Below the pieces are notes generated by a model. That model did not search any database. It saw nothing but the letters and a program-made list of their open reading frames with translations, and had not been told where the DNA came from. The translations under genes and the position numbers were made by a program. Shown here one piece after another: positions 9,870-21,040 of a DNA stretch of 64,000 nt (the stretch's first letter is position 1; every line of letters starts with the position of its first letter). Origin of the DNA: an uncultured bacterium (GTDB taxonomy: Bacteria > Desulfobacterota_D > UBA1144 > Nemesobacterales > UBA2774); assembly GCA_963705505.1 (NCBI GenBank), contig CAVPJU010000006.1:128001-192000 (forward strand), in the 5' to 3' direction.

Positions 9870-11240
9870 CTACTGCCCTATTTGCTCCGCAATTTTTTCC
9901 CCGACAGCCCATACGTTGCCGGCCCCTAAAGTAATCACCACATCCCCCGGCCTTACAGCGCTCAGGACCGAGGAGACCAGATTATCGCTCCCGTTCGAGT
10001 AAAACACGTTTTTATGGCCGTGCTCTTTCACGGACTGGTATAAGGATTTCGATGAAACGCCCGGAATGGGCTCTTCCCCGGCGGGATATATGTCCATGAG
10101 GAAGAGGACGTCTATATCGAGGAGCACCTTGGCGAAATCGTCAAAGAGAAGCTTCGTCCTCGTATACCGGTGAGGCTGAAAGATCGCCACTATCCTGCCT
10201 AGCCCGGAGTCCCTCACCGCGTTGATCGTAGCCCTTATCTCGTTCGGATGATGGGCGTAGTCGTCCAGGACGAGAACGTCCCTGCCCCTGCCCTTGATTT
10301 GAAGCCTCCTGTCTATGCCCCTGAACTCACCGAGTCCGTCCCTGATATCGCCGAAGCTCATTCCGAGCTCCATGCCGACCGCGACTGCGGCAAGCGCGTT
10401 CTGCGCGTTATGCCTGCCGGGTACATGGAGGCTGATTTTACCGAGCGGGGAGGAATTGAGTACTACTTCGAATTCGGTATTGAACCCCGAAATCCTGACG
10501 TTCTCCGCCCTCAATTCGGCCTGTGTGTCAAAACCGTACGTAACCGATCTTTTTTCAAATTTATCCGCGATCGCCCTGACCCTCGGACAGTCGATGCAAA
10601 AGACCGAAAGCCCGTAAAAGGGGACCTTGTTTGCAAAGCTCGAAAAAGCGCCTTCCAGCTCCCGGAGGCTCTTGTAATGGTCGAGGTGCTCTTCGTCTAT
10701 GTTCGTGAGCACGGAAATGACGGGAGATAGTAGGAGAAAAGAGCCGTCGCTCTCGTCGGCCTCGACAACCATGAAATTACCCTTGCCGAGGCGCGCGTTC
10801 GTTCCGAGCGTTTTGACCTTGCCCCCCACGACTATAGTCGGATCCAAGCCACCGTGGGAGAGAACGGTCGAAACCATCGAAGTAGTCGTCGTCTTGCCGT
10901 GGCTCCCGGCGACTGCAATGCCGTATCTGAGCCTCATAAGCTCAGCCAGCATCTGCGCCCGGGGGATGACGGGGATGTCGAGGCTCCTCGCCTCAATCAC
11001 CTCGGGATTCCTGTCATTCACAGCGGACGATATGACGATCACACCCGAGCCGTGAACATTCTCACCGCTGTGGCCTACGGATATGGAAGCCCCCAGGTCT
11101 CGCAGCCTCTTTACCGTATCCGAGTCTTTGAGATCGGAGCCCGAGACCGCATAGCCCATATTCAGTAAAACCTCGGCGATGCCGCTCATCCCTATTCCGC
11201 CTATGCCTACGAAATGTATCCTTTTAATTTTTCCGTACAC
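9870..11240 (-). CDS. murC: UDP-N-acetylmuramate--L-alanine ligase
   Basis: GIGGIGMSG, GSHGKTTT, EADESD, DDYAHHP, FQPHRYTR. Confidence 0.98.
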   Translation of the reverse strand: MYGKIKRIHFVGIGGIGMSGIAEVLLNMGYAVSGSDLKDSDTVKRLRDLGASISVGHSGENVHGSGVIVISSAVNDRNPEVIEARSLDIPVIPRAQMLAELMRLRYGIAVAGSHGKTTTTSMVSTVLSHGGLDPTIVVGGKVKTLGTNARLGKGNFMVVEADESDGSFLLLSPVISVLTNIDEEHLDHYKSLRELEGAFSSFANKVPFYGLSVFCIDCPRVRAIADKFEKRSVTYGFDTQAELRAENVRISGFNTEFEVVLNSSPLGKISLHVPGRHNAQNALAAVAVGMELGMSFGDIRDGLGEFRGIDRRLQIKGRGRDVLVLDDYAHHPNEIRATINAVRDSGLGRIVAIFQPHRYTRTKLLFDDFAKVLLDIDVLFLMDIYPAGEEPIPGVSSKSLYQSVKEHGHKNVFYSNGSDNLVSSVLSAVRPGDVVITLGAGNVWAVGEKIAEQIGQ

Positions 11241-12310
11241 TAACTCTCTCCGGCAAGTCTTGATATTTCATCTACAATCACACTCGCGGCGTCCGGCCTG
11301 CCGAGTCCGAGGGCATTCGATGCCATCGTATTTAGTTTGTCTTTCTGAAGGAGGTTGGTCAATGCCCCGGATAGATTTTCGGGGCCGGCGTCCCTGTCCT
11401 CCATCACTGCAGCAGCGCCTGCGCGCTCAAGCACCTTCGCGTTCTCAAGCTGATGGTTATTCGCCGCATACGGATACGGTATTAAGAGTGAAGGCTTGCC
11501 GAGCGCGGTAATTTCGGAAACCGTGCCCGCTCCCGATCTGCCGATTATAAAATCGGCCTCGCTGTAGGCGCCCGCCATATCGTCAATGAATCGTAGCACG
11601 CGGGCTCTTATGTGATTCCGCTCATAGGCGTTTTTTACAAGCTCGTAATCCTTTTCTCCGGTCTGGTGAATGACTGAAATATCACTCCTCCCCAGTTTCG
11701 CAAGCGCCTCGGGGACGGACCGGTTGAGCTTATGAGCGCCCTGACTCCCGCCGAATACGAGTATGGTTACCGCACCGGAACCTTCTTTTAAACCCCGGGA
11801 CCGCAGTATATCGCCTCTCACCGGGTTTCCTGTAATTACTATCTTCCGATGAGGGAAGAATTTCAGGCTTTCATCGAACGTGGCAAATACCTTGTTGACG
11901 AATTTACCGAGTATGCGGTTAGTGATGCCGGGGTAGCTATTCTGCTCGCAGATTGCCGTGGGGACCCCTCGCAGAGAGGCGGCCAGCACCATAGGTCCCG
12001 AGACATAACCCCCGACCCCTAAAACGACGTCGGGTCCGAACCTCCTTATTACGGATAACGAATCCATGAGGCCTTTAAAAGCGGAAAAAACCGCAGTTAT
12101 ACTTTTTTTCACGCCGCTCCCTTTGATACCCCGAGCGCTTATGTGTTCGACTCTGTAACCCCTCTTCGAGAGCAATTCGTTTTCCAACCCTTTCTTAGTA
12201 CCCACAAAAAGTATTTCGTTTGCCGGGTCTCTCTTTAAGATTTCTTCCGCAACCGAGATTGCCGGAAATATGTGCCCCCCGGTGCCCCCCCCGGCGATAA
12301 TGACCTTCAT
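11240..12310 (-). CDS. murG: MurG glycosyltransferase
   Basis: GGGTGGH, EQNS, GNPVR, GGSQGA. Confidence 0.98.
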   Translation of the reverse strand: MKVIIAGGGTGGHIFPAISVAEEILKRDPANEILFVGTKKGLENELLSKRGYRVEHISARGIKGSGVKKSITAVFSAFKGLMDSLSVIRRFGPDVVLGVGGYVSGPMVLAASLRGVPTAICEQNSYPGITNRILGKFVNKVFATFDESLKFFPHRKIVITGNPVRGDILRSRGLKEGSGAVTILVFGGSQGAHKLNRSVPEALAKLGRSDISVIHQTGEKDYELVKNAYERNHIRARVLRFIDDMAGAYSEADFIIGRSGAGTVSEITALGKPSLLIPYPYAANNHQLENAKVLERAGAAAVMEDRDAGPENLSGALTNLLQKDKLNTMASNALGLGRPDAASVIVDEISRLAGES

Positions 12311-13422
12311 TTTAATCCTGATTTAGAGACGTTGAGGATTACCCCGACGGCGGATAAGCTGGCTATTAAAGATGTTCCGCCGTAGCTGATAAAGGGAAGG
12401 GTGAGCCCTTTCGTAGGGAATAAGCCTACCGCGACAGCCATGTTGATCCCCGCCTGAAGAGTTATGAGAAGGACACATCCGAATACGAGATAACAGCCGA
12501 AGAGATCAGGAGCCCTGAGCGAGACCTTGAGGCTCCTTACAAGAAGCACGACGAAGCCTATAAGCACGAGCACTATTCCGATAAATCCCAATTCCTCGCC
12601 GATTATGGAAAATATGAAGTCAGTATGCGCCTGGGGCAGGAAGAAGAGCTTCTGGGAACTGTCCCCGAGCCCCGTTCCGGAAACCCCTCCCAACGCGAAC
12701 GCTATGAACGACTGTATAGCCTGATAGCCCGAGCCCAGGGGGTCCTGCCACGGGTCGAGAAACGACATTACACGGTTCATCCTGTAGCCCTTCGTGATGA
12801 CGGCAAGACAAAGGAATATGACGGATACGGCGCCCACGGGCAGCAGGTACTTCATCTTGACTTCCCCTATGAATAACATGCCGAAGAGAGTGACGAGCAT
12901 GATCGTCGCAGTCCCGAAATCAGGCTCTAAAAGCACGAGTATCACATAAACTCCCGCAATCAATATGTGGGAGGCGAACCCGACGACGAAGTTGTCGAGC
13001 TTGTCCCTTTTTTTAGTGAGCGAATGAGCAAGGTAGAGGACGAGAATATACTTAGAGAACTCGGAGGGCTGGAAGCTCAGCAGGCCGAGGTCTATCCACC
13101 TTCTCGCGCCGCCCACCTCTTTCCCGATTCCGGGAACGAGCACGGCCACGAGGAGGGCGAGACCGAGCAGATATGCGGGATAAACGAGCTTTCTCAACAG
13201 CCTGTAATCGACCCTCATGAGGACGATCATGCATACGAGTCCGATCGCGAGGTATATCCCGTGACGGATCAGGAAGTAATTAGCGTTCCCGTACATCTCG
13301 AGCGAATATACGGAGCTCGTGCTGTAAACCATCAGAACACCGACCGCCGTCAGAAAAACAGCGGCGACAATAACGCCTATATCGTAGGCCTTTCCTTTTG
13401 CGGAGCTAAATATTTCTAACAA
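12307..13422 (-). CDS. ftsW: peptidoglycan polymerase FtsW
   Basis: GARRW, FQPSE, EPDFGT, HTDFIFS, LPFISYGG. Likely start is TTG 13422 after AGGAG. Confidence 0.96.
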   Translation of the reverse strand: MLEIFSSAKGKAYDIGVIVAAVFLTAVGVLMVYSTSSVYSLEMYGNANYFLIRHGIYLAIGLVCMIVLMRVDYRLLRKLVYPAYLLGLALLVAVLVPGIGKEVGGARRWIDLGLLSFQPSEFSKYILVLYLAHSLTKKRDKLDNFVVGFASHILIAGVYVILVLLEPDFGTATIMLVTLFGMLFIGEVKMKYLLPVGAVSVIFLCLAVITKGYRMNRVMSFLDPWQDPLGSGYQAIQSFIAFALGGVSGTGLGDSSQKLFFLPQAHTDFIFSIIGEELGFIGIVLVLIGFVVLLVRSLKVSLRAPDLFGCYLVFGCVLLITLQAGINMAVAVGLFPTKGLTLPFISYGGTSLIASLSAVGVILNVSKSGLK

Positions 13423-14734
13423 GTTCTTTGTATCTCCTTCCTCGATCTTCGTAGGACTGAAACATATCAAAACTCGAGCACGCGGGCGAGAAGAGAACCG
13501 TGTCGCCGGGAGCGAGACTCTCAAGCGTCTTTTCCAGAGCTTCCTCGAGGGACCCGGCCAGTGCAGTACCTACCTTTCCGCCTAACTCTTTCTGCATCCT
13601 GAATCTTGACTCGCCTAAAAGCACCATGAACTTAACTTTTTTTTCTATTATCTCCTTGAGAGAAGCGAAGCTCACACCTTTGTCCTTTCCGCCCGCGATG
13701 AGGATTATCGGAGCAGGAAGACTCTCAAGGGCGCGGAGTGTAGCCCCGGGGCTCGTCGACTTGGAATCGTTATAGAACCCGGCGCCCCTTATCTCCCCCA
13801 GGAACTCGTTCCTGTGCGGGAGGGGACTGAATTCGAGCACAGCTTCTTCTATAAGGGCGGGGGCACAGCCGACGGCCCTCGTAGCGGCGATCGCGGCCAT
13901 GATATTCTCGATATTGTGGTAGCCTGCCAGCTTCATCCCCTCAAGCGCGTAAAATTCGTTTCCGTACCTTATCCCGCGCCCGTCATAAGAGAGCCCGTTT
14001 TCGCCGTGACCGGCGCCGAACGGTATCTTCCTCGATCTTATGCCGTGCAAATGTTTTCTTATAATTTCGTCATCGGCCTTATAAATGCAGAGGTCATTTT
14101 CTGTCTGGTTTGAAAAAATCTTCATCTTGGACAGGACGTATTCATCGAAAGTCGAGTGATGATCGAGGTGGTTGGGTGAGATGTTGAGTATAACGGCGAC
14201 GTCCGGACGGAACGATTCTATCCCCTGGAGCTGAAAGCTGCTCAATTCAAGCACGAGGATGTCGTACTTGTCGGAATCATCGGCGATCGTTATAAGCGGC
14301 GTCCCGATATTGGCGCCCAGGAAGACCTTTTTCCCGTTCTTTTCCAGTATGCGCGCTATGAGGGTCGAGGTGGTCGTTTTTCCGTTCGAGCCTGTAACGG
14401 CGATCGAGGGTTTCTTTATGAACCTTGAGGCGAGCTCGACCTCGCTTATCACTTCGATACCGCTCCCCACGGCCTCCCGTACGGGGGGTATGCCGAACGG
14501 AACGCCGGGGCTCAATACTATCGTATCGGCGGAAAGGAACGTCTCCCGCGTATGACCGCCGGATTCCAGCTTCACGCCCCAGGACTCGAGCATCTTTGCC
14601 TGCTCCGCTATCTTCTCAAGCGGGGAGCTGTCGCTTACGGACACGTCCGCCCCTCTCTTCAGCAAGAACTTAACGGTCTCGATACCTGTTTTGCCTACGC
14701 CGACAACGAGCACTTTCCTTCCACCTAACTCCAT
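13406..14734 (-). CDS. murD: MurD ligase
   Basis: VLSPG, TGSNGKTT, ELSSFQL, NDSKST, SPACSSFD. Confidence 0.97.
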   Translation of the reverse strand: MELGGRKVLVVGVGKTGIETVKFLLKRGADVSVSDSSPLEKIAEQAKMLESWGVKLESGGHTRETFLSADTIVLSPGVPFGIPPVREAVGSGIEVISEVELASRFIKKPSIAVTGSNGKTTTSTLIARILEKNGKKVFLGANIGTPLITIADDSDKYDILVLELSSFQLQGIESFRPDVAVILNISPNHLDHHSTFDEYVLSKMKIFSNQTENDLCIYKADDEIIRKHLHGIRSRKIPFGAGHGENGLSYDGRGIRYGNEFYALEGMKLAGYHNIENIMAAIAATRAVGCAPALIEEAVLEFSPLPHRNEFLGEIRGAGFYNDSKSTSPGATLRALESLPAPIILIAGGKDKGVSFASLKEIIEKKVKFMVLLGESRFRMQKELGGKVGTALAGSLEEALEKTLESLAPGDTVLFSPACSSFDMFQSYEDRGRRYKELVRNI

Positions 14735-14789
14735 GAGAATTTTATTTTCACCGCCTTTAACGCACGTCAAAAAAATTTAAACGCCTCAT

Positions 14790-15899
14790 TTATCTCAGCT
14801 TCAGTGTCGAGAGAGCGAACAGAGACAGGACAAGAGATATTATCCAGAATCTTATAACAACTTTGGACTCAGACCAGCCGCAGAGCTCGAAATGATGATG
14901 CAGCGGAGCCATCTTGAAGACCCTTTTTCCGGTGAGCTTAAACGACGCGACCTGTATGATTACCGACATCGCCTCCGCTACGAAAACTCCGCCTACAACT
15001 ATCAGGAGAATCTCCTGCTTGATTATGAGCGCAACCGAGCCGATAGCCGCGCCCAGGGACAGGGAGCCCACATCGCCCATAAAGACCTGGGCGGGATGAG
15101 AGTTGTACCATAGAAAACCGAGGCAGGCCCCGCCCACGGCGGCCAGGTAAACCGCGAGCTCTCCGCTCTCCGGTATGTAGGGTATCTGGAGGTACTTTGA
15201 GAACTCCGCATGGCCCGACAAATAGGCCAGGATGATATACGTCGCGGCAGCCACCGCTATAGAGCCGATCGCGAGCCCGTCAAGCCCGTCCGTGAGATTC
15301 ACGCTGTTTGAAGCGCCCACCACAACGATCAGTGCAAATGGAATATAGAGCCAGCCCAGGTTGATTACGGCTTTTTTGAAAAACGGGAAAACAACCGACG
15401 TAAATGAGTAATCGGCAACCTGGTTTGCGCTGAGGGACATTGTAAAACCGTTGAGATCGCTCGTTATCAGGAGCACGAAAAGCACTCCGAAAAAGATTTG
15501 AAGCATCATCTTCTCTCTCGCCTTCATCCCCTTTTTCCTCGAATATTTCAGCCAGTCGTCGAGAAAGCCTATCAAGGCATAGCTAAAAGTAAAAAGGAGC
15601 ACTGACCACACTATCCCGCTCGTCAGATTAAGCCAGAGAAGGGACGAGAAAAAAATTGCCAGCACCATAAACGCCCCGCCCATGGTCGGCGTCCCGGCTT
15701 TGGACTTGTGGGAGGCAGGACCGTCGTCCCGGATATTCTCCCTGAACTGTTTCCTCGTAAGGAAGTCAATAAAAAATCCGCCGAGAACAATGCTGATCAG
15801 GAACGCGGTGACGCCCGCCCCGAAGGAGCGGAACGTGATGTATCTGAATACATTAAATAGTACGAAGTCGCCCTTCATCAAATAAAGAAGGTGAAACAT
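14790..15899 (-). CDS. mraY: phospho-N-acetylmuramoyl-pentapeptide transferase
   Basis: GTPTMGG, NLTDGLDGL, FMGDVGS, APLHHHFE. Confidence 0.98.
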   Translation of the reverse strand: MFHLLYLMKGDFVLFNVFRYITFRSFGAGVTAFLISIVLGGFFIDFLTRKQFRENIRDDGPASHKSKAGTPTMGGAFMVLAIFFSSLLWLNLTSGIVWSVLLFTFSYALIGFLDDWLKYSRKKGMKAREKMMLQIFFGVLFVLLITSDLNGFTMSLSANQVADYSFTSVVFPFFKKAVINLGWLYIPFALIVVVGASNSVNLTDGLDGLAIGSIAVAAATYIILAYLSGHAEFSKYLQIPYIPESGELAVYLAAVGGACLGFLWYNSHPAQVFMGDVGSLSLGAAIGSVALIIKQEILLIVVGGVFVAEAMSVIIQVASFKLTGKRVFKMAPLHHHFELCGWSESKVVIRFWIISLVLSLFALSTLKLR

Positions 15900-15910
15900 A
15901 TTAATGCTCC

Positions 15911-17275
15911 TTAGACAAGCCTTTTTGTAACCTCTTCCATCCTCATCCCGCGGGAACCCTTTACGAGAACGAGATCGCCGGGCCGCGCAATCTCCATAAT
16001 TGCCTTAGCCGCTTGCTCGTGCGTGTCCGCATAGAAACCTTTCGTTATACTCCCGGCCCCTCTGAGCACGCTCTGCCCGAAATTCCCGAAGGCGATTACA
16101 TAATCGACCCCGGAAGCGGATAAATACTCGCCCAGGCCGAAGTGCTCGCCTTCGCTCTCTTCGCCGAGCTCGAGCATATCCCCGAGGACCGCTATAGCCT
16201 TCCCGTCGGCCTTCAGTCTCATAAGCTCGCCTATCGCGCTCCGCATGGAGTCGGGATTCGCATTGTAGGTATCGTCTATAACCCTGAACCCCGCCCGGCT
16301 TTGCAGCACCTCGAGCCTCATGTGCGGAAGAGTAAGCCTCAGGAGGCCCTCCGTTATCTCATCCTTTTCGCATCCGAACGAAAGCGCGATCCCCGATGCG
16401 CAGAGAGCGTTCATAACGTTATGCATGCCTATCCCGTTTATCCTCACCGGGAATTCCTTCCCCAAGGCTTTCATGCGAAAATTTATTCCCGAGAAGCCGT
16501 CCTGCCCGATGTCCGCTGCAGTCAGATCGGTTCCCCCGGTCTTAATGCCGTATGTGATTTTCCTGCATTTCACATTTTGAGAAATTTTGCAGGTCCGCGG
16601 ATCGTCCGCGTTTACAACAAATACCCTGTCCCCGCTGAACCCTTCTACGAGCTCGCCCTTAGCCTTTGCCACGCCTTCGATCCCGCCGAGTTTTTCGAGA
16701 TGCGCCCTACCTATATTGGTTATCGCACCCGTATCGGGGAGCGCTATCTCCGCGAGCCTTCTGATCTCCCCGAAATCATTCATACCCAGCTCCACAACCG
16801 CCGCCCTGTAGCTGCCGTCCAACCTGAAGAGCGTCAGCGGAAGCCCGATAAGGTTATTAAAATTCCCCGAGTTTTTAAGTGTCCGGTATTTGAGCGAAAT
16901 GATGCTCCAGGCCATCTCCTTTGTTGTGGTTTTGCCGTTCGAGCCCGTTACCGCCGCAAGCTTAAGCTCAGGGAAACTCTTTCTCCATTCGGAAGCGAGG
17001 TCCCCGAGGGCTTTAACAGTGGAGGGGACCTGTATTAATAATTTCCCGTCATTATGCGCATGAGAACTGTCTTCGATAACAGCCCCGCCCGCACCTTTTT
17101 GTAGTGCCTCATCTATGAACTGATGACCGTCGTAGTTATCGCCTTTGAGCGCAAAGAATATTTCTCCCGCGGATATCTTCCGCGAATCGGTGCTGACGCC
17201 CGAGAAATCGTCCAGTTTCCGGCCGGAAATAAGCTTTCCCTTGGTTGAATTGAGAACAAAGTCCAATCCGAGCAT
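15911..17275 (-). CDS. murF: MurF ligase
   Basis: TGSNGKTTTKE, NNLIGLP, DTYNANP, LGDMLELG, KGSRG. Confidence 0.97.
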   Translation of the reverse strand: MLGLDFVLNSTKGKLISGRKLDDFSGVSTDSRKISAGEIFFALKGDNYDGHQFIDEALQKGAGGAVIEDSSHAHNDGKLLIQVPSTVKALGDLASEWRKSFPELKLAAVTGSNGKTTTKEMAWSIISLKYRTLKNSGNFNNLIGLPLTLFRLDGSYRAAVVELGMNDFGEIRRLAEIALPDTGAITNIGRAHLEKLGGIEGVAKAKGELVEGFSGDRVFVVNADDPRTCKISQNVKCRKITYGIKTGGTDLTAADIGQDGFSGINFRMKALGKEFPVRINGIGMHNVMNALCASGIALSFGCEKDEITEGLLRLTLPHMRLEVLQSRAGFRVIDDTYNANPDSMRSAIGELMRLKADGKAIAVLGDMLELGEESEGEHFGLGEYLSASGVDYVIAFGNFGQSVLRGAGSITKGFYADTHEQAAKAIMEIARPGDLVLVKGSRGMRMEEVTKRLV

Positions 17276-17290
17276 TTTCTTATCGAAAAA

Positions 17291-18781
17291 CTAATTAAGC
17301 ATCTCCTTTACAATGCCCCTCGCGACCGTCCTGTCGTCGAAAGGGAACTTCTTGGTACCGATAATCTGATAATCCTCGTGACCCTTGCCGGCTATGAGCA
17401 CCGTATCATTCTCCCCTGCCATGCCGATAGCCTTCTTAATGGCTTCTTTCCTGTCCGATATCCTGAAATAGGGCCTGCCGTCAGAGGAAGACTCGAATAC
17501 GCCGCGCTCGATTTCGTCAATTATTTCTTCGGGAGATTCCGTCCGCGGGTTATCCGATGTAACGATCAGGACATCCGAAAGCTCCCTCCCTATAATGCCC
17601 ATTTTGGGCCGCTTGGTCCTGTCCCTGTCTCCGCCGCACCCGAATACAAGAATTAGATTTCCTTTAGTCAGGGGCCTCACCGCAAGAAGAACATTTCTGA
17701 GGGCATCGGGGGTGTGCGCATAATCCACCAGTATTCGGAAACCCAGGGGATTCTCCACTCTTTCGAGTCTCCCGGGAACGGCTGAGAATGCCGACACCGC
17801 TCTTTCTACGGAACCCGCGGAAGAGCCCAGGGAAAGTGCTGCCGAGACCGCACCGAGTATGTTTGATAAATTATGCTCCCCGAAGAGCTGCGATTCTATT
17901 TCGAGGCTCCCGTACGGAGTATTCACGAGGGCGCTTATACCGTCTTCCGAGACCCTATGGCGCTCGGCAAATACGGAGGCGCTTTTATCTCTTACGGAAT
18001 ATGTGATAACTGTTTCAGGCGCCACTTTGGCAATTTCTCTTCCGTAGGGATCGTCTAAGTTGATTACGGAGAACTTGTTCTTCTTATCGCTCCGCCGAAG
18101 AAGCTCCGTGAAGAGCCTCTTTTTCGCATTAAAGTAATTCTCTATCGTTCCGTGGTAATCGAGGTGATCCTGGGTGAGGTTAGTGAATACAGCCGCGTCG
18201 AAATGGCATTCCAGAACCCTTTTTCTATCTATGGCATGGGAAGACACTTCCATCGCTGCGGAGTCCGCTCCCGAATCCCTCATTTCTCTGAAAATCCTCA
18301 TAAGGTCTAGAGATTCCGGTGTCGTCATAGGGGCTTCGATTTTTTTATCCCCGAACCTGTACTCGATCGTGCCTATGACGCCCGGTCTTTTTTGTTCCGC
18401 CTTCCATATCGATTCGAGGAGATAGGTTATAGTCGTTTTCCCGTTCGTACCGGTAACGCCCGCAAGGCAAAGCTCTTTTGTCGGATGGCCGTAAAAATTG
18501 GCCGAAACCCTGGCAAGCGATTCCCTCGAATCCCCGACCTCGATTACCGAAACACCCGGATATATTTTCTCCGGCTGATCTTCAACCAGGAGAGCTTTAG
18601 CGCCGTTTCGGAACGCTGACTCGATATACCTGTGGCCGTCGGCCTTCTCTCCCTTTAGAGCGACAAAAAGGTATCCCTCTTTAACTTTGTTTGAATCAAT
18701 TGAAACACCTGTGATCTCTAACCCGTCGAATCCATTGAAATTTTGTATATTTATTCCTCTTATTATTTCCCTTAATATCAT
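17291..18781 (-). CDS. murE: MurE ligase (mDAP-type DNPR motif)
   Basis: GTNGKTT, MEVSSH, DYAHTPD, DNPR, AGKGHE. Confidence 0.97.
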   Translation of the reverse strand: MILREIIRGINIQNFNGFDGLEITGVSIDSNKVKEGYLFVALKGEKADGHRYIESAFRNGAKALLVEDQPEKIYPGVSVIEVGDSRESLARVSANFYGHPTKELCLAGVTGTNGKTTITYLLESIWKAEQKRPGVIGTIEYRFGDKKIEAPMTTPESLDLMRIFREMRDSGADSAAMEVSSHAIDRKRVLECHFDAAVFTNLTQDHLDYHGTIENYFNAKKRLFTELLRRSDKKNKFSVINLDDPYGREIAKVAPETVITYSVRDKSASVFAERHRVSEDGISALVNTPYGSLEIESQLFGEHNLSNILGAVSAALSLGSSAGSVERAVSAFSAVPGRLERVENPLGFRILVDYAHTPDALRNVLLAVRPLTKGNLILVFGCGGDRDRTKRPKMGIIGRELSDVLIVTSDNPRTESPEEIIDEIERGVFESSSDGRPYFRISDRKEAIKKAIGMAGENDTVLIAGKGHEDYQIIGTKKFPFDDRTVARGIVKEMLN

Positions 18782-20703
18782 ATATTCTGTTTAAGTTCTA
18801 TAGAACATACCATACCTTCCCTTATCGTATCCCCGGGCGAGGGGCTTTGTCCCGTCACATACCCGCTGCCCTTGACCTCGACCTTGATGCCCTCCTGCTC
18901 CGACCATTTAAGGATATCCCTTACGCTTTTGCCGCTGAGGTCGGGCATTATCTTTGCGCCGACGAGTTCTTTTCCGGGAGAGATACCCATATGGAACAGC
19001 ACCTTCTCCGCAATCTGTTTGAAAATGGGAGCCGACACCGAACCGCCGTGAGTCATTTTCTTTGGGGCTTCGACAACGACGACGAGCGTGATCTTCGGGT
19101 CGTCCGCAGGGGCGAATCCGATGAATGACGCGACGTACCGGTCGGGATAATACCCGCCGCTCACGGGGTCGGGAATCTGCGCGGTCCCCGTTTTTCCGGC
19201 GACTTTATAACCCGGAATAGCCGCTTTTTTCCCTGTCCCCTCTTCCACGACCCGCTCCAGTATATGGGTCATCTCCTGAGACGTATCGTATGATATTACC
19301 CGACTTTCCACCTCAGGTTTGTTCTCTCTTATTACGGTGCCGTCCGGGTTTCTTATCTCCTTGATCAGATGCGGCTTCATCAGATATCCGCCGTTCGCGA
19401 TCGCAGACAATGCGGAGGCGAGCTGAAGCGCAGTGACGGATACCCCCTGACCGAATGAAATCGTGGCGAGCTCTATCTTGCCCCACGATTTCGGGCTGGT
19501 AAGCCTCCCGCTCGATTCGCCGGGAACATCGATCCCGGTCTTGTCGCCGAAGCCGAACTTTTTGAGATAGCTATAGTATTTTTCCTTGCCCAGCAGCTCC
19601 CCTATCTTCGAAGCTCCGATATTGCTCGAAACCCTTATTACATCCGCAAAGCTCAGTGTGCCGTAAGGATGCACGTCCCTTATTATCTTCGCCCCGACCT
19701 GCCTTCTCCCTTTCTCGCAGTAGAACTCGGTATCCGGAGTCGCCACCTTTGCCTGGAGCGCGCTCGAGGCAAGAAATACTTTCATTGTTGATCCCGGTTC
19801 AAATGTGTACCAGACCGGCAGGTTCCTCCTGTATTCGAGCGGGAAGTCGCCGTACTTGTTGGGGTCGAGAAACGGGTAGGACGCCATCGCGAGCACTTCG
19901 CCGGTCTCGGGGTCTAGGAGAATTGCCATTCCGCTTTCGGCGTTCATCGCCTCGATTCCGTCTTTCAATTCCCTTTCCACTATGTGCTGGATCTGTGAGT
20001 CCACGGTCAGGACGATATCGTGACCGGCGGTTTTCTCTTCGTCGAAGTCCGCGACTATGTCGGGATTGCTTATGATTTTTCTTCCGCGTGCGTCCTTTTT
20101 CAGCGTGATTTTTCCGGGCTTGCCTATCAGGAGTCCGTCATAACGGTATTCGATCCCCTCTATACCGGTCGAATCTATATTGGTAAAACCGAGAACCTGT
20201 CCCATCAGATGACCGTTCGGATATACCCGTTTCGGTTCTTCGATGTAGCCCACGCCTCCCAGGTTCAGGCTCTCGAGCTCGGACGTAATATTCGGATCGA
20301 CGAGCCTATCGAGCCATACGAACGAGGATTTGGACGCCAGCTTCTGCTCCACGCTTTTTTCCGGCATGCCGAGCTTTTCCGAGAGGGTCTTGGAAAGCTC
20401 CGAGGGATTCTTGACTGCGTAGGGGTTGGCGAATACAGACTTGATCTCGACATTCACTGCGAGCTCCTTCATATTCCTGTCGAGGATTTTACCCCGGCGG
20501 GGAAGGAGGGTTGAGCTGCCCTCGTGTTGTTTTCTGGCAATCGTGAATGCGCGTTCGCGATCGAGGACCTGGAGGTCAAGCGCTTTAACGCAGACGAGTG
20601 AAAAGAGTAATAGCACAAAGACCCCGACGATTATTACCTTCCATTTGGGCCTGTCGAGGTCCCTTCCCAGGGAAATCCTTTTCGAGCTCTTTTTAGGCTT
20701 CAT
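18778..20703 (-). CDS. ftsI: class B PBP FtsI with C-terminal PASTA-like domain
   Basis: EPGSTMK (SxxK), SSN, KTGT; position in dcw. Confidence 0.95.
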   Translation of the reverse strand: MKPKKSSKRISLGRDLDRPKWKVIIVGVFVLLLFSLVCVKALDLQVLDRERAFTIARKQHEGSSTLLPRRGKILDRNMKELAVNVEIKSVFANPYAVKNPSELSKTLSEKLGMPEKSVEQKLASKSSFVWLDRLVDPNITSELESLNLGGVGYIEEPKRVYPNGHLMGQVLGFTNIDSTGIEGIEYRYDGLLIGKPGKITLKKDARGRKIISNPDIVADFDEEKTAGHDIVLTVDSQIQHIVERELKDGIEAMNAESGMAILLDPETGEVLAMASYPFLDPNKYGDFPLEYRRNLPVWYTFEPGSTMKVFLASSALQAKVATPDTEFYCEKGRRQVGAKIIRDVHPYGTLSFADVIRVSSNIGASKIGELLGKEKYYSYLKKFGFGDKTGIDVPGESSGRLTSPKSWGKIELATISFGQGVSVTALQLASALSAIANGGYLMKPHLIKEIRNPDGTVIRENKPEVESRVISYDTSQEMTHILERVVEEGTGKKAAIPGYKVAGKTGTAQIPDPVSGGYYPDRYVASFIGFAPADDPKITLVVVVEAPKKMTHGGSVSAPIFKQIAEKVLFHMGISPGKELVGAKIMPDLSGKSVRDILKWSEQEGIKVEVKGSGYVTGQSPSPGDTIREGMVCSIELKQNI

Positions 20704-21038
20704 TTTTTGCCGTCTGCGACCGGGTTCTGTTCTACGTATATTATGTCTTCCTGAGTCGGATACTTGAACCCCATCTCGAGGGCGATTTGTTCGAGCCTGT
20801 CGGGTGATTTCGCCTTCATAAACTCGGACTGAAGTATCCGTTTCTCCTTGAGGAGCTCATTCGTATGTTTGTTGTTTCGCGAAATCTCATAGCCCACCCT
20901 TAATTCCTCGACCTTGAACCTGACATAAAAAAGTGCGAGCGCAACGGCGATCAGGACGAGAATCACGAACCCCGTCGATACCGTTGTTTTCTCCGATTTT
21001 TCCTTCTCCCTGGACCCGAGGGCCTTGACGTGCGCCAT
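20700..21038 (-). CDS. ftsL: cell division protein FtsL
   Basis: TM plus coiled coil, SPDRLEQIA-EMG; between rsmH and ftsI. Confidence 0.85.
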   Translation of the reverse strand: MAHVKALGSREKEKSEKTTVSTGFVILVLIAVALALFYVRFKVEELRVGYEISRNNKHTNELLKEKRILQSEFMKAKSPDRLEQIALEMGFKYPTQEDIIYVEQNPVADGKK

Positions 21039-21040
21039 AT